Assembly: GCA_950097015.1 (NCBI GenBank)
Contig: CATNEN010000037.1
Coordinates: 558,001-622,000, forward strand
Direction of reading: 5' to 3'
Length of the DNA stretch: 64,000 nucleotides
Source of the DNA: Macrostomum hystrix
Lineage: Eukaryota > Animalia > Platyhelminthes
Shown here: in pieces, positions 1-14,000 of the stretch
How the letters are laid out: the number at the start of each line of letters is the position of its first letter
How positions within the stretch are numbered: position 1 is the stretch's first letter
Translations under genes and position numbers: made by a program
Notes under the pieces: generated by a model
The model's input: the letters and a program-made list of their open reading frames with translations, nothing else
Told to the model about the DNA's origin: nothing
The model's database searches: none

Positions 1-618
1 AACGTATTGTGAGTAGTGGGGCGGGGGAGGCAATGTCCGCCCTAATCCTAATAGCGAGGCTTTTAAGCTAGCTTTTGAGTATTTACAAAAATGGCTACTC
101 ACCAAACCCTCTTATACTTTTTTCATAGTGCGCAAGCCTATTTAGAATATTTTTTATGTGAAGGCCGAGCAAGGGATCCTACCCCATCCCGCATCTCCTC
201 CACTGCTCGGCCCACAATTGCCCACACCCCCAACAGCTACAACAATCTAGTTTTCCAGTTCAATGCCTTCGGTCTGGCCCAGAGTAGGCATTAATCAAAC
301 TGGAGCCGCAAACATTGGGGGGCGGGACCGCTACAGCCCCAGCCACGCTTGCCCACTCAAAAAGTAGGATTCTGCTTTTATAGCTTGTGTGTGAAGCGCA
401 TTAAAAAATGGTCAACGCTGCTTCTTTGCCTAACCAAAGTGTACTAACAAGTCATTCGACAACTGCATTATGGATTGCACCAGGAATTTGTGCACTAAAG
501 CATTAAACTTTTTGGATAAATTTTCGCACAACTGATCAGAGTGGCAAAAGTCAAAGGGATCATAAAATGACAAAACTAACGGATGAGACCAGAAACAACT
601 AACCCGATTACAAGCAGA

Positions 619-2796
619 ATCAGAGAGGACAACCATACAGGATCAGAGAGGACAGCCATACAGGATCAGAGAGGAAAACCATACAGGATCAGAGAGGACA
701 ACCATACAGGATCAGAGAGGACAACCATACAGGATCAGAGAGGACAACCATACAGGATCAGAGAGGACAACCACACAGGATCAGAGAGGACAACCATACA
801 GGATCAGAGAGGACAACCATACAGGATCAGAGAGGACAACCACACAGGATCAGAGAGGACAACCACACAGGATCAGATAGGACAACCATACAGGATCAGA
901 GAGGACAACCATACAGGATCAGAGAGGACAACCACACAGGATCAGAGAGGACAACCACACAGGATCAGAGAGGACAACCATACAGGATCAGAGAGGACAA
1001 CCACACAGGATCAGAGAGGACAACCATACTGGATCAGAGAGGACAACCATACAGGATCAGAGAGGACAACCATACAGGATCAGAGAGGACAACCATACAG
1101 GATCCGAGAGGACAACCATACAGGATCAGAGAGGACAACCACACAGGATCAGAGAGGACAACCATACAGGATCAGAGAGGACAACCATACAGGATCAGAG
1201 AGGACAACCACACAGGATCAGAGAGGACAACCACACAGGATCAGAGAGGACAACCACACAGGATCAGAGAGGACAACCATACAGGATCAGAGAGGACAAC
1301 CACACAGGATCAGAGAGGACAACCACACAGGATCAGAGAGGACAACCATACAGGATCAGAGAGGACAACCACACAGGATCAGAGAGGACAACCATACTGG
1401 ATCAGAGAGGACAACCATACAGGATCAGAGAGGACAACCATACAGGATCAGAGAGGACAACCATACAGGATCCGAGAGGACAACCATACAGGATCAGAGA
1501 GGACAACCACACAGGATCAGAGAGGACAACCATACAGGATCAGAGAGGACAACCATACAGGATCAGAGAGGACAACCACACAGGATCAGAGAGGACAACC
1601 ACACAGGATCAGAGAGGACAACCACACAGGATCAGAGAGGACAACCATACAGGATCAGAGAGGACAACCATACAGGATCAGAGAGGACAACCATACAGGA
1701 TCAGAGAGGACAACCACACAGGATCAGAGAGGACAACCACACAGGATCAGAGAGGACAACCATACAGGATCAGAGAGGACAACCATACAGGATCAGAGAG
1801 GACAACCATACAGGATCAGAGAGGACAACCATACAGGATCAGAGAGGACAACCATACAGGATCAGAGAGGACAACCACACAGGATCAGAGAGGACAACCA
1901 TACAGGATCAGAGAGGACAACCATACAGGATCAGAGAGGACAACCACACAGGATCAGAGAGGACAACCACACAGGATCAGAGAGGACAACCATACAGGAT
2001 CAGAGAGGACAACCATACAGGATCAGAGAGGAAAACCATACAGGATCAGAGAGGACAACCACACAGGATCAGAGAGGACAACCATACAGGATCAGAGAGG
2101 ACAACCACACAGGATCAGAGAGGACAACCATACAGGATCAGAGAGGACAACCACACAGGATCAGAGAGGACAACCATACAGGATCAGAGAGGACAACCAT
2201 ACAGGATCAGAGAGGACAACCACACAGGATCAGAGAGGACAACCACACAGGATCAGAGAGGACAACCATACAGGATCAGAAAGGACAACCACACAGGATC
2301 AGAGAGGACAACCACACAGGATCAGAGAGGACAACCATACAGGATCAGAGAGGACAACCATACAGGATCAGAGAGGACAACCACACAGGATCAGAGAGGA
2401 CAACCACACAGGATCAGAGAGGACAACCATACAGGATCAGAGAGGACAACCATACAGGATCAGAGAGGACAACCATACAGGATCAGAGAGGACAACCACA
2501 CAGGATCAGAGAGGACAACCACACAGGATCAGAGAGGACAACCATACAGGATCAGAGAGGACAACCACACAGGATCAGAGAGGACAACCACACAGGATCA
2601 GAGAGGAAAACCATACAGGATCAGAGAGGACAACCATACAGGATCAGAGAGGACAACCACACAGGATCAGAGAGGACAACCACACAGGATCAGAGAGGAC
2701 AACCACACAGGATCAGAGAGGACAACCATACAGGATCAGAGAGGACAACCATACAGGATCAGAGAGGACAACCATACAGGATCAGAGAGGACAACC
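619..2796. repeat. 23-bp minisatellite (GGATCAGAGAGGACAACCAYACA), about 95 copies, GRK intron
   Basis: Directly visible tandem array; explains the 752-aa ORF with a 23-aa period. Confidence 0.97.
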
Positions 2797-2846
2797 CCAC
2801 CAATCAGAAGCAGCCACTCGTGCACTCAATCAAATGATTAACTCAC

Positions 2847-5800
2847 CTTTGGTATCTTCCTCGTCAAATGAGCCAATGTCGAATGCGTCGTGAGCGTTAA
2901 CCTCGCCCCTTGGTGGCACTAGCGGAGCCGGATATTTCTGCAGATAGACTTGACCCCAGTCTATTCCGGCAAAGAACGGATGCTCTTTGAGCTCAACGGA
3001 GCCGCCGCCGCGGCAGCCGATGCGTTGGTCAACATCGCGAACTAGCAGGCCCTCTAATAGATTGCGAATTTCCGGCGATATGGTGTCATTCAGATCTGGA
3101 CTAACGGTCATAGTCATGCGATCAATCTCGTGCTTATCTTTAATCTTATGCTGTCGAAATGGGCTGTGACCTTTCAACAATTTGTAGAGCATGCAGCCGT
3201 AGCTAAACCAGTCTGCCGAACTGTCGTAGGCTGTGCCCTTCTGCAGCACCTCTGGCGCCATGTAGCCGTGGGTGCCAACGCTGGCGTGCGGCTTCTTGCG
3301 AGAATAGTCGCAGGCCAGGCCGAGGTCGCTGATGCGCACGTGGCCGTGCTCGTCCAATAGAATGTTAGCCGGCTGACGGGGGAAAGAGGTCCGGGGTTCG
3401 AATCCCAATGATAATAAATTGTGTAATTGAGCAAGACACTTAATTTCCATGGTTTTTAGTTCAACCAGCTGTAAAATGGGCTAGAAATTTAGGTGGGTTA
3501 GACGGCTTCCCCCAGTCTACCTTGGCCTAAATCAATTGATCGAAGTGATTCAAAAATAGCTCAGGACGCGCGAGAGCCGATGCCATTCACAATAAAATAA
3601 TCCTTATTCCTAATAGGAGATTCATGTGAACCCGAAAACTGTAGATTCATTGCGAGATCAACCGACAGCCTCAGTCTTTTCGTCGATTCAAGTTCTACTG
3701 ACTCCCATTCATTTTATTCTATTCGAGGTCAACTGACACCCGTTTATAATTAGACTCTTTATCAAAGACCCTAGAACAAAGACCCTAGATCCTAGACCCT
3801 AGAACAAAGACCCTGGATAAAATACCCTAAATCATAAACCCTAGATCATAGACCCTAGATCATAGACCCATGATCATAGACCCTAGATCATAGACCCATG
3901 ATCATAGACCCTAGATCATAGACCCTAGATCATAAACCCTAGATTATTGGCCCTGGATCATAGACCCATGATCATAGACCCTAGATCATAGACCCTAGAT
4001 CATAGACCCTAGATCATAAACCCTAGATTATTGGCCCTGGATCATAGACCCATGATCATAGACCCTAGATCATAGACCCTAGATCATAGACCCTAGATCA
4101 TAAACCCTAGATTATTGGCCCTGGATCGTAGACCCTAGATTACAGACCCTGGATCAAAGACCCTAGACCAAAGACACTGGATCCTTCACCCTAGAACAAA
4201 GACCCTAGATAAAATACCCTAAATCATAAACTCTAGAACATAGACCCTAGATCATAGACCCTAGATACTAGGACTGGACCCCTTGAGCTCACCTTTAGAT
4301 CCCGGTAGACAATGAACCTAGAGTGCATGTGCTCCAATCCGAGCAACACCTCTGCTGCGTAGAATTTAACCTCCTTCTCTGCAAAGATGCCGTGCTGGGA
4401 CAGGTGATAATGCAGGTCGCCGCCGTTCATCAAATCCAAGATGAAGCAGAGCTTCTCGGTAGTTTGAAAAGCGTAGGTCATGCAGACAATGAACGGGCAG
4501 CCTTCGCCTGTACTGACTAGTGACAGCATGATCCGCTCATTCAATGCCAGAGTTTCGCCGCCCTTCAGCTTGATTCGCTTCTTATCCAGACACTTCATGG
4601 CGTACATTTTGCCGGTGTCGGCTTTGCGACAGCCGTAGACTTCGCCGAAGCCGCCCCGGCCAATGATGCGGTGCACACTGAAGTCGTTCATTGTTAGCTG
4701 AAATTATAATGGCATCTTCTAATAATACTTATCTGTCATGGATGATTACCGTATCATATCGGTGACTATTTTCAGCTTTTATTGACCACTTTTAGCTGCA
4801 AATGACCACTTTTTGCTGTAAATTATCATTTCTAGCTTTAAATGGCCGCTTTTAACTGTAAATGACCACTTTTAACTGCAAATGACCACTTTCAACTGCA
4901 AATGACCACTTTTAACTGCAAACGACCACTTCTATCAGCAAATGACTATCCAATATATAAAATGTAACTCTCGCTTGTTTTTTTCACTGTAAATGACCAA
5001 TTTTAGCTTGAATTGACCCCTTTTAGCTGTCAATAACTACTTTTTGCTGGAAATGATGTTTAACCAGCTAGTTAAAATATTTCAAGGCATTATTAAAATC
5101 TAAACAACTCACATTAATATTGAGCTCCAAATCTTTCCACTGACAAAATCTTGTAAATTTGTCCGACTTGACAAACGTTTCGAAGGCGTGGCGTTTTAAA
5201 ACTTCGCAAATTTCGGATGCGTAGACTCGAAAAGTGTCCTTGGGCAGACGGCCGGAGCGCTGAGCGACCGTCAGGTGCTCCTGAAATCAATGCAATTTAC
5301 GAGCGTAATGCTGCCTAATGACTGAACCACTAAATACTTTTCTAGAATTTATTCATATCTTCATAGTCTGTGAGACAATTCTTCCATCAGCTTTTCATCA
5401 TTCACTGATTAAACTAATGTCTTCATTCAGTCATTAACTAATCCTGTCATTAACTAGTCATGCCATTAACTAATCCTATCATTAACTATTCCTACCATTA
5501 ACTAATCCTGTCATTAACTAGTCATGCCATTAACTAATCCTATCATTAACTATTCCTACCATTAACTAATCCTGTCATTAACTAATCCTGTCATTAACTA
5601 ATCCTCTCATTAACTAATCCTGCCATTAACTAATCCTGTCATTAACTATTCCTACCATTAACTAATCCTCTCATTAACTAGTCCTGTCATTAACTAATCC
5701 TGCCATTAACTAGTCCTGTCATTAACTAATCCTGTCTTTAACTAATCCTGTCATTAACTATTCCTACCATTAACTAATCCTCTCATTAACTAATCCTGCC

Positions 5801-8147
5801 ATTAACTAATCCTGCCATTAACTAATCCAGTCATTAACTAATCCTCTCATTAACTAGTCCTGTCATTAACTAATCCTGCCATTAACTAGTCCTGTCATTA
5901 ACTAATCCTGTCTTTAACTAATCCTGTCATTAACTATTCCTCTCATTAACTAGTCCTGTCATTAACTAATCCTCTCATTAACTAATCCTCTCATTAACTA
6001 GTCCTGTCATTAACTAATCCTGCCATTAACTAATCCTCTCATTAACTAATCCTGCCATTAACTAATCCTGTCATTAACTATTCCTACCATTAACTAATCC
6101 TCTCATTAACTAGTCCTGTCATTAACTAATCCTGCCATTAACTAGTCCTGTCATTAACTAATCCTGTCTTTAACTAATCCTGTCATTAACTATTCCTACC
6201 ATTAACTAATCCTCTCATTAACTAATCCTGCCATTAACTAATCCTGCCATTAACTAATCCAGTCATTAACTAATCCTCTCATTAACTAGTCCTGTCATTA
6301 ACTAATCCTGCCATTAACTAGTCCTGTCATTAACTAATCCTGTCTTTAACTAATCCTGTCATTAACTATTCCTCTCATTAACTAGTCCTGTCATTAACTA
6401 ATCCTCTCATTAACTAATCCTCTCATTAACTAGTCCTGTCATTAACTAATCCTGCCATTAACTAATCCTCTCATTAACTAATCCTGCCATTAACTAATCC
6501 TGTCATTAACTATTCCTACCATTAACTAATCCTCTCATTAACTAGTCCTGTCATTAACTAATCCTGCCATTAACTAGTCCTGTCATTAACTAATCCTGTC
6601 TTTAACTAATCCTGTCATTAACTAATTAACTAATCCTGTTTTCAGTTCATTTCGTTTATTTAGTTAGACAGTATTATTAAATTACGCTGGGTAATGACCA
6701 AATGAAGACATACATAAAAATAATATTTGCAGGAGGGCTTTGGGCACTAGCACTACCATTTCCCGACAGTCGAACCCAAGACGCCCAGGCACAAACTCAC
6801 ACAGGCATGTACATCTGCCCTGACTTTTTCTTCTTCAGGGAATGCACACTCTTACTGTGCCTTTGAGGTTGGCCCATCAAATGGTTTAAATTGCATGAGA
6901 AGCCCCCAAGCCTTCTCTCCATCTCTGCACCCCAAACTAATGTGGCCTCGCCGTGGCTCTCGTAACTTGTGAACCAAACTAAACTTGTGATTCACGAAAG
7001 AAATACCTGAACGCTGCTGATTGCAGCGGGACTGAAGCGATGGCTCTGCGCCAGCAGTTCCTGCATGATGAAGGAGTCGTATATATTTCTTCCCAGCTTG
7101 AGTCGCATGTCTTCGCAATCCAGATCCTCGAATTTTTTTATCTCCTCATAGAAGGCGAACACCTGGGCGCAGTCTTCCAACTGCTGCTCAATGAAGTCCT
7201 TGAATAATAAGAAGCCGAGTCGCTGATTGAAAACCTTTTCAAAGGTCACTTCGTTGTTCTTGACTAGATGCTTCATCATGATGCCTCGAATGCTTTGTAA
7301 AGAGATTTTAAGTAGGTTCTTTAATGTAAGTGCAAACTGTAGCTACAAATCGTAGCGGCTTAACTATTTAAATTGTTTGTAAAAGGACAATTAGAATTAT
7401 TAGTTTAATTCGGATTTTGTGCGCACTAAATTTAAGTGCCATTGATTACACAGATTTATTTGTTTGTTTTATTTGTACTAAAATCTTAAATATACAATAA
7501 CTTTAACTTAGCTATCTAGTGCTATGTTTAAGAAAAAATAATTTTGACCCATTTAAGTGAATATGGTTTTATAGAAATATCATAGTTCTAACAATTTAAA
7601 TTTTCTATGAACTAAGTTTTTATTCCCCCCTTGTGTAGTAAACTTTCTAAACTTTTCAAAACTAATAGCAAATGCAACGACAACAAGTTCAGTAAAAATG
7701 CCAAATACATTACAATATATTCAGGCCAAGCAAAAGCAATTTTTGTATATTGTACAAGTAGTGATGTAGCTCTTGTCAATATTATACCATATATCATATA
7801 ATGCATTCTATGAGTAAAATATTAATTCAGTTAATTATGTATCTAATTTCAATTTATAACTAATGATAATATTTTCTTCTTTATTGAATTTTATAAGCTT
7901 AATGTGTTTTTTTCATTAATTCTACCAGTAATAATATGCTTAGCCATTTTTATCATCAACAGTACTTAAGAGTACAAATTAAAAGGGAAATGATGTATAT
8001 TTTTATTAATACTTTTTTTAATGACTGGGCTTACCTTGGATCTGGCAATGCAATCTTTTTACTTGCTCTTGCTGCTGGAGTTGACTTAGATTTCTCCATA
8101 GCCATTAAGTAGCTAACATCGGCCAAGACTGCTTCTAGGTCTGCCAT
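2847..8147 (-). CDS. GRK2: G protein-coupled receptor kinase, GRK2/3 (beta-adrenergic receptor kinase/Gprk1) type; 5' part of the gene, 3' exons lie left of the window
   Basis: Exons (minus): 8147-8035, 7292-7007, 5280-5113, 4697-4293, 3372-2847, all GT-AG with compatible phases. Translation: [31 protein letters not shown] (GRK2 N-terminus), RH domain, [22 protein letters not shown]|[23 protein letters not shown] loop [24 protein letters not shown]. No PH-domain exon found in 1-2846. Confidence 0.96.
3769..4266. repeat. 14-bp minisatellite (GATCATAGACCCTA), GRK intron 4
   Basis: Visible array with recurring variant blocks. Confidence 0.92.
4785..5050. repeat. Degenerate 20-bp repeat (AATGACCACTTTTAACTGCA), GRK intron 3
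   Basis: Visible, diverging towards both ends. Confidence 0.8.
5432..6638. repeat. 16-bp minisatellite (TTAACTAATCCTGTCA) with 432-bp higher-order duplication, GRK intron 2
   Basis: About 75 units; the rare variant ccag recurs at 5827 and 6259 within the same variant order. Confidence 0.95.
6726..6960 (-). mobile_element. Diverged SINE family 2 copy in GRK intron 2
   Basis: Shares acatctgccctgacttt, actgtgcctttgaggttggccc, atgtggcctcgccg and gcaggagggc with the other copies. Confidence 0.6.
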
Positions 8148-11039
8148 TATGACTATTTGGCTCACTTGAAACAACAAAGAAGCAAATAACTTTAGGCAGC
8201 AGTAAGCCAGAAGCTATAGCTATAGCTTGATTTCTTTTGTCAATACAATGTTCCTTATTCGGTGATAAACTATCGTTGCACTTTATTCTAAGTGAGGCTT
8301 CAGCTTTACTAACACAGGACAGAAAATAACCGATTGGGTAAGAAAGGAAATCGATTTAACAGAACTTTTCTATGCGTTGCGTTTAAATTTTGCATTAATA
8401 ACTAACCGATGGCAACTGACTGACGATAGGACAAAAGCAAAACACGTGTTACGGTTTTATAATTTCCTGTGTTTCAACGCGACAGGAGAACGGTAATCAC
8501 AATGGAGATTATTGTAAAACACAATAGAGTCAACTGATGCACAACTAGATTTATTCTCTGGGTTTAAATTTGATATTTATTTTAAGTGCTTAAATCGCTA
8601 TATATATGATTATATACAACTATAAATTACACTACTCTTATGTCATGTATTTTGTATACATACATAAACACTTACCCACGGCCACGATAACTTTGTAGAT
8701 TTTCAAAAAAACTTTTGGCTTTTAATTTTTGAATTTGTTGCGTATGGCTTATAACAAAGATTGCTTATTATAAGTACATTCTAAATTACAATACTTTACA
8801 AATTTGCTACTAAATCTTACGAACGTTTTTAAAATAATGCCTATAGTATGATTCAAAGGATCTTACCTTAACAAAGTATTTTTTGCATTTTTAATTTTCG
8901 ATCGCTTTGCCTTAACCTTAACCCTAACCCTAACCCTTAACCTCACGTAGCTTCAAAATTTATCAACCTCATAATTACCTAAGCTGGGAGGCCAGAAAAA
9001 CCTATATGTAGGGCGTAAAGCTTCGGCTGATATCTGGACCTACCTTTAATTAAAGAGAGTTAGAAACCCAGCAAAAACTAACTAATCATATTACTAGGCC
9101 TATCACGTGTCAACAGTTGGCGCTGCACTATTTTCTAGAATAGAACCTTTAGGGCTATTATATGTCTTTGTGAACGCCTTAATAAGTTGATTTGAATAAA
9201 ACTATACTCTAGGTCATGGATATATAGCATGTGTAAAAGTTTATATATTTGGTTATATAATAACTGTTATAACATAACTGTTATATAATGTTGAATACAA
9301 AGCAAGCTATACACGTTATTAGATAGCTTAGTAGGCTTATGGTTTATGAATGGTTATCAATGGTTTGTGATCACTTGTTTATGATAATTTTTTCAGTCGC
9401 ATTTCACTCGCAATATGTATATTTTCTATTTCAGCAAGCATGCTCAAGGGTTGCAAAAATTGATAAACTAAGCACATTTGTTTGATTAGATAAACTGAAT
9501 GGAACAGGCAACTTAGTTTCTCCCAGTACCCCCTCAGCCTCTGCTTTGGGTCGCGATCATTTACATGCATTTCTGCCATTTAATTGATTGTAAAACTAGG
9601 AAGTTTGTATCCAGATCATGATCACTATCTGCCACTACTCACACTAAAACCCACCCACCTTCAGTCCATAGTCACTTACATGTATTTTTGCCATTCAATT
9701 GATCATAAACTAAAGACAAAGTGGATCTATATAGTATAGGATCCTCTTTTTAGAAAAGTTCTAGAATGTGAAAAGATGCACTAAACCCCCTACCTTCAGT
9801 TCATGATTATTTACATTGTATATATATTAGTCTAAATCAGTGTGAATACATTACATTTATAGTATTTCTGCCATTCAAATGATTGTAAACTAAAGTAGAT
9901 ATACACATGTTGTAACAAGCAATTGTTTTTATTTGACATTAGTATTCTCATGAACATTTTTGTATCATTCTATTCCCATTTCGAATTTGATCATTTGATA
10001 ACAAAAAATAAATTAGAAGTGAAGTGATTTTTACTTTTCTTGGTTTGGAATATGATTTGGTTTGGATTCTAAACCAAAATGTTGATTAGGTTAGTGAATA
10101 ACATTGACGTTATTGTCTATATTGTCAATATTTTTGTTAATGTATATTTATACTTATACTATAGCCATTTGAAACATTTTCTGACTTTTAAACAGGACTA
10201 ACAAAACACCCAAGGCTTAATTTATTTTTCTGTGATGCAAACTAGTTATATACATGTACATATTCTAACCTGGATACTAGTAATTTTATCAAATTGGTTG
10301 TATCAATGGTATATTCAATATTTGTTTATATTTTTATAGTCATCATCTTACTATAATCTAATTTGTATGCAGCAGTTTGCTCTGGGCCCCTATTGGAAGT
10401 AGTAGACAAAGAGCATCCAACTGTCCATATTTTCTGAATTTTGTGATGTCTTGCAGTGGTGTCAAGTCAGGTAGTATTGCAGCACAATGCCATGTAGCCA
10501 CTGCATTGAATGTCTTTGTAGCTAATATCTGCTTTGCAGATTTTAATGTATTTTGTATCATTTGTTATCAATGCACTTATTACACTTCATTGTCACTTAT
10601 TTGGAAAAAATGACTCGGATTAGTTTTCATTAATTTTTCGAATAGTAAAAGTTAATATAAACCAATGCCCATCTTGGTCATTTCCTCCCCTGCCATTTTA
10701 GGAGGCCTAACACTCTAGTCATTTAATCAACTTATTTGACAAAATGGTATTTTAAGAAATGACCAGCACCTTAAGGCTCATACCTACTCTTATGAGTCTT
10801 AGTCTTATTTACTATAGCCAATAACATCACTACAAGATAAGTTGGTCAAGACTAGTCTAAACTGTCACCTGTGAGGTACTGTAATATTGTTGGGCCTGTC
10901 AACTATTGTTCATGGAGCTATCCAGATCCTCGTCTAATTATGCTGTCAACTAAACAAATATTCAGTTTGTTTATTATAAAAGTAGGTTTAATTAGACTTA
11001 TTCTTTAACATTTATTTCAGCTTCCACTCATTAGCAAGA

Positions 11040-14000
11040 ATGACAGAAGAGACAATTGTCTTTCATTTCTATGCAAAGAAGTCTTTATCTGGTAAGAACC
11101 AACTCTTCTATGAACCATTGCTCAATTTTCTATAATGCTGTCTGTTGTGATATATTATATGGACAAAAATTATCTACCCTATTAGACACTGAGCTGCTTA
11201 ACTTGGCAGCAATTGTTCTACAGACTGATCAGCCTCAAGTAAAGTGTCTCTTCTCTAGTGTTGCTGGGGACGATTTACATATGTCAATGTTTTCAACGAT
11301 GACTAACAAGTAACTAATATTTGTTTACAATCATTTCTTATTACTATCAGTAGGCCTGCTTTTGCAAAAATTTCCTGCCTGGTTTCTTTTTATAGAGTTC
11401 TCAGCATTCGCTGCTATGAGAGCCAGAAGCTGTATGTGTTTGACATACATGTCATAAGGAGTGGTATTGCTATCGACCTTGTGGTAAGCATTGTAGTTTG
11501 CTTTTTGCAACAAGTTTTTCTCATAAATATTGATTTGATTTCTATTTATTTACTAGAGCAAATTATTTATAATGTTACAGTACATTCGACGCATTGAGGA
11601 TTTGTTAAAAAACTTCCTTAATGACATTGGTGCATTGGAGCGAATTTTTTGGTAAGCAAACTGTCAAAGTCTGCATCTTTAGTATTGAAAAGCTTTTGTA
11701 TATCTTTCAGTAATGGAAAACTTTTTACAAATAGTCAACTGTGAACTGCAGCTTTGAAGAATCTAAGTATCCTTTAGTCTTTATGTCATATTGTAAAAAA
11801 TCAATTCAAAACACCATCAATGTTCCCAAGGTCGTCCTCATGCATTTCCGTGTAGCCAATAGAAATAACCGAGAGATTCTCAAGGTCGTCCTCATACATA
11901 TAGGCATGCATGTCCGGGCGTGTAGCCAATAGAAATAACCGGGAGATTCTCAAGGTCGACCTCATACATATAGGCATGCATGTCCGGGCGTGAAGCCAAT
12001 AGAAATAACGTGAGATTTCCAAGGTCTTCCTCAAACATGTCGCCATTCATGTCCGTGTAGCCAATAGAAATAACCGAGAGATTCTCAAGGTCGTCCTCAT
12101 ACATTTAGGCATGCATGTCCGGGCTTGTAGCCAATAGAAATACCCGAGAGATTCTCAAGGTCGTCCTCATACATATAGGCATGCATGTCCGGGCTTGTAG
12201 CCAATAGAAATACCCGAGAGATTCTCAAGGTCGTCCTCATACATTTAGGCATGCATGTCCGGGCGTGAAGCCAATAGAAATAACCGAGAGATTCCCAAGG
12301 TTGTCCTCATGCATCTACTGACATTTGGCTTACACCACACACTGTCTGCAGTCTGCTGGGACCATTACGCCGTGGCGAGGCTCTCTGGCGTTATTTCCTC
12401 ACTTCGGACGAGCGCATCTACGAGGCAAACATTAGCCGCCTAGTGGAGGAGCGGCAGACCAAGTATCAGAATGCCAAAATCTACTGGGGCGAGCTGCACG
12501 GTCATATTCTATTTCTTGATGACGACATCATGTTCGCTGAGCTCGACCAGGAGCCCTACACTCGGATGCTGTTGGGCCTGGAGACTGGCAAGCCGCCACG
12601 CAACGACTTCAAGGACAAGGACATCCTCATTCTTGGAGGCGGCGACGGTGGAGTCATCTGCGAGCTGTTGAAAAACTCGCCTCGCATGGTTACCATGGTT
12701 GAGATTGACGCGGAGGTTGTCCAGCTGTGCGCCAAGTACATGCGGGGCGCCTGCGAGGACGCCCTGGACTCGCTCGAGGGACCCAACAAGAAGGTGCGCG
12801 GATGTAACACTTAATCAGAATTCGAATATACACTTTACTTAGGTGGATCATCTAACACTGAAACAACCCTATTATCAGATAATCATAGGAGACTGCCTAG
12901 ACCACCTGCACGAGTGCATCCAGTCAGGAAAGAAGTACGATTACATCATCAACGACCTGACCGAGTTTACTGTCAATAATGAGGAACGCAATTGGACTTA
13001 CAACTTTGAAACGGACAATAGTCAGGTGAGTCTGCCTCAGAACCTGTACCAAGCATTTCAAAATGTCAATTTGTGTACGCCTTAAACTTCGTACACAAAT
13101 CGACTTCACATCACATCTCCATCCATCTCAGCCCACAGTCTATTATCTCAGCCCACAGTCTATTATCTCAGCCCACAGTCTATTATCTCAGCCCACAGTC
13201 TATTATCTCAGCCCACAGTCTATTATCTCAGCCCGCAGTCTATTATCTCAGCCACAGTCTCTATTATCTCAGCCCACAGTCTATTATCTCAGCCACAGTC
13301 TCTATTATCTCAGCCCACAGTCTATTATCTCAGCCTACAGTCTATTATCTCAGCCACAGTCTCTATTATCTCAGCCCACAGTCTATTATCTCAGCCACAG
13401 TCTCTATTATCTCAGCCCACAGTCTATTATCTCAGCCCGCAGTCTATTATCTCAGCCACAGTCTCTATTATCTCAGCCCACAGTCTATTATCTCAGCCCG
13501 CAGTCTATTATCTCAGCCACAGTCTCTATTATCTCAGCCCACAGTCTATTATCTCAGCCACAGTCTCTATTATCTCAGCCCACAGTCTATTATCTCAGCC
13601 TACAGTCTATTATCTCAGCCCGCAGTCTATTATCTCAGCCACAGTCTCTATTATCTCAGCCTACAGTCTCTATTATCTCAGCCTACAGTCTCTATTATCT
13701 CAGCCTACAGTCTCTATTATCTCAGCCTACAGTCTCTATTATCTCAGCCCACAGTCTCTATTATCTCAGCCTACAGTCTCTATTATCTCAGCCCACAGTC
13801 TCTATTATCTCAGCCTACAGTCTCTATTATCTCAGCCACAGTCTCTATTATCTCAGCCTACAGTCTCTATTATCTCAGCCACAGTCTATTATCTCAGCCA
13901 CAGTCTATTATCTCAGCCCACAGTCTATTATCTCAGCCTACAGTCTCTATTATCTCAGCCTACAGTCTCTATTATCTCAGCCTACAGTCTCTATTATCTC

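Noticed and set aside
1-618. Next GRK exon (kinase C-tail/PH domain)
   Set aside because: Reading the minus strand gave no IKL...RWQ.E-like sequence behind a phase-1 acceptor; the exon must lie outside the window.
583-2841. 752-aa ORF with a 23-aa period
   Set aside because: Translation of a stop-free 23-bp array cycling through all frames, antisense within a GRK intron; no unique domain.
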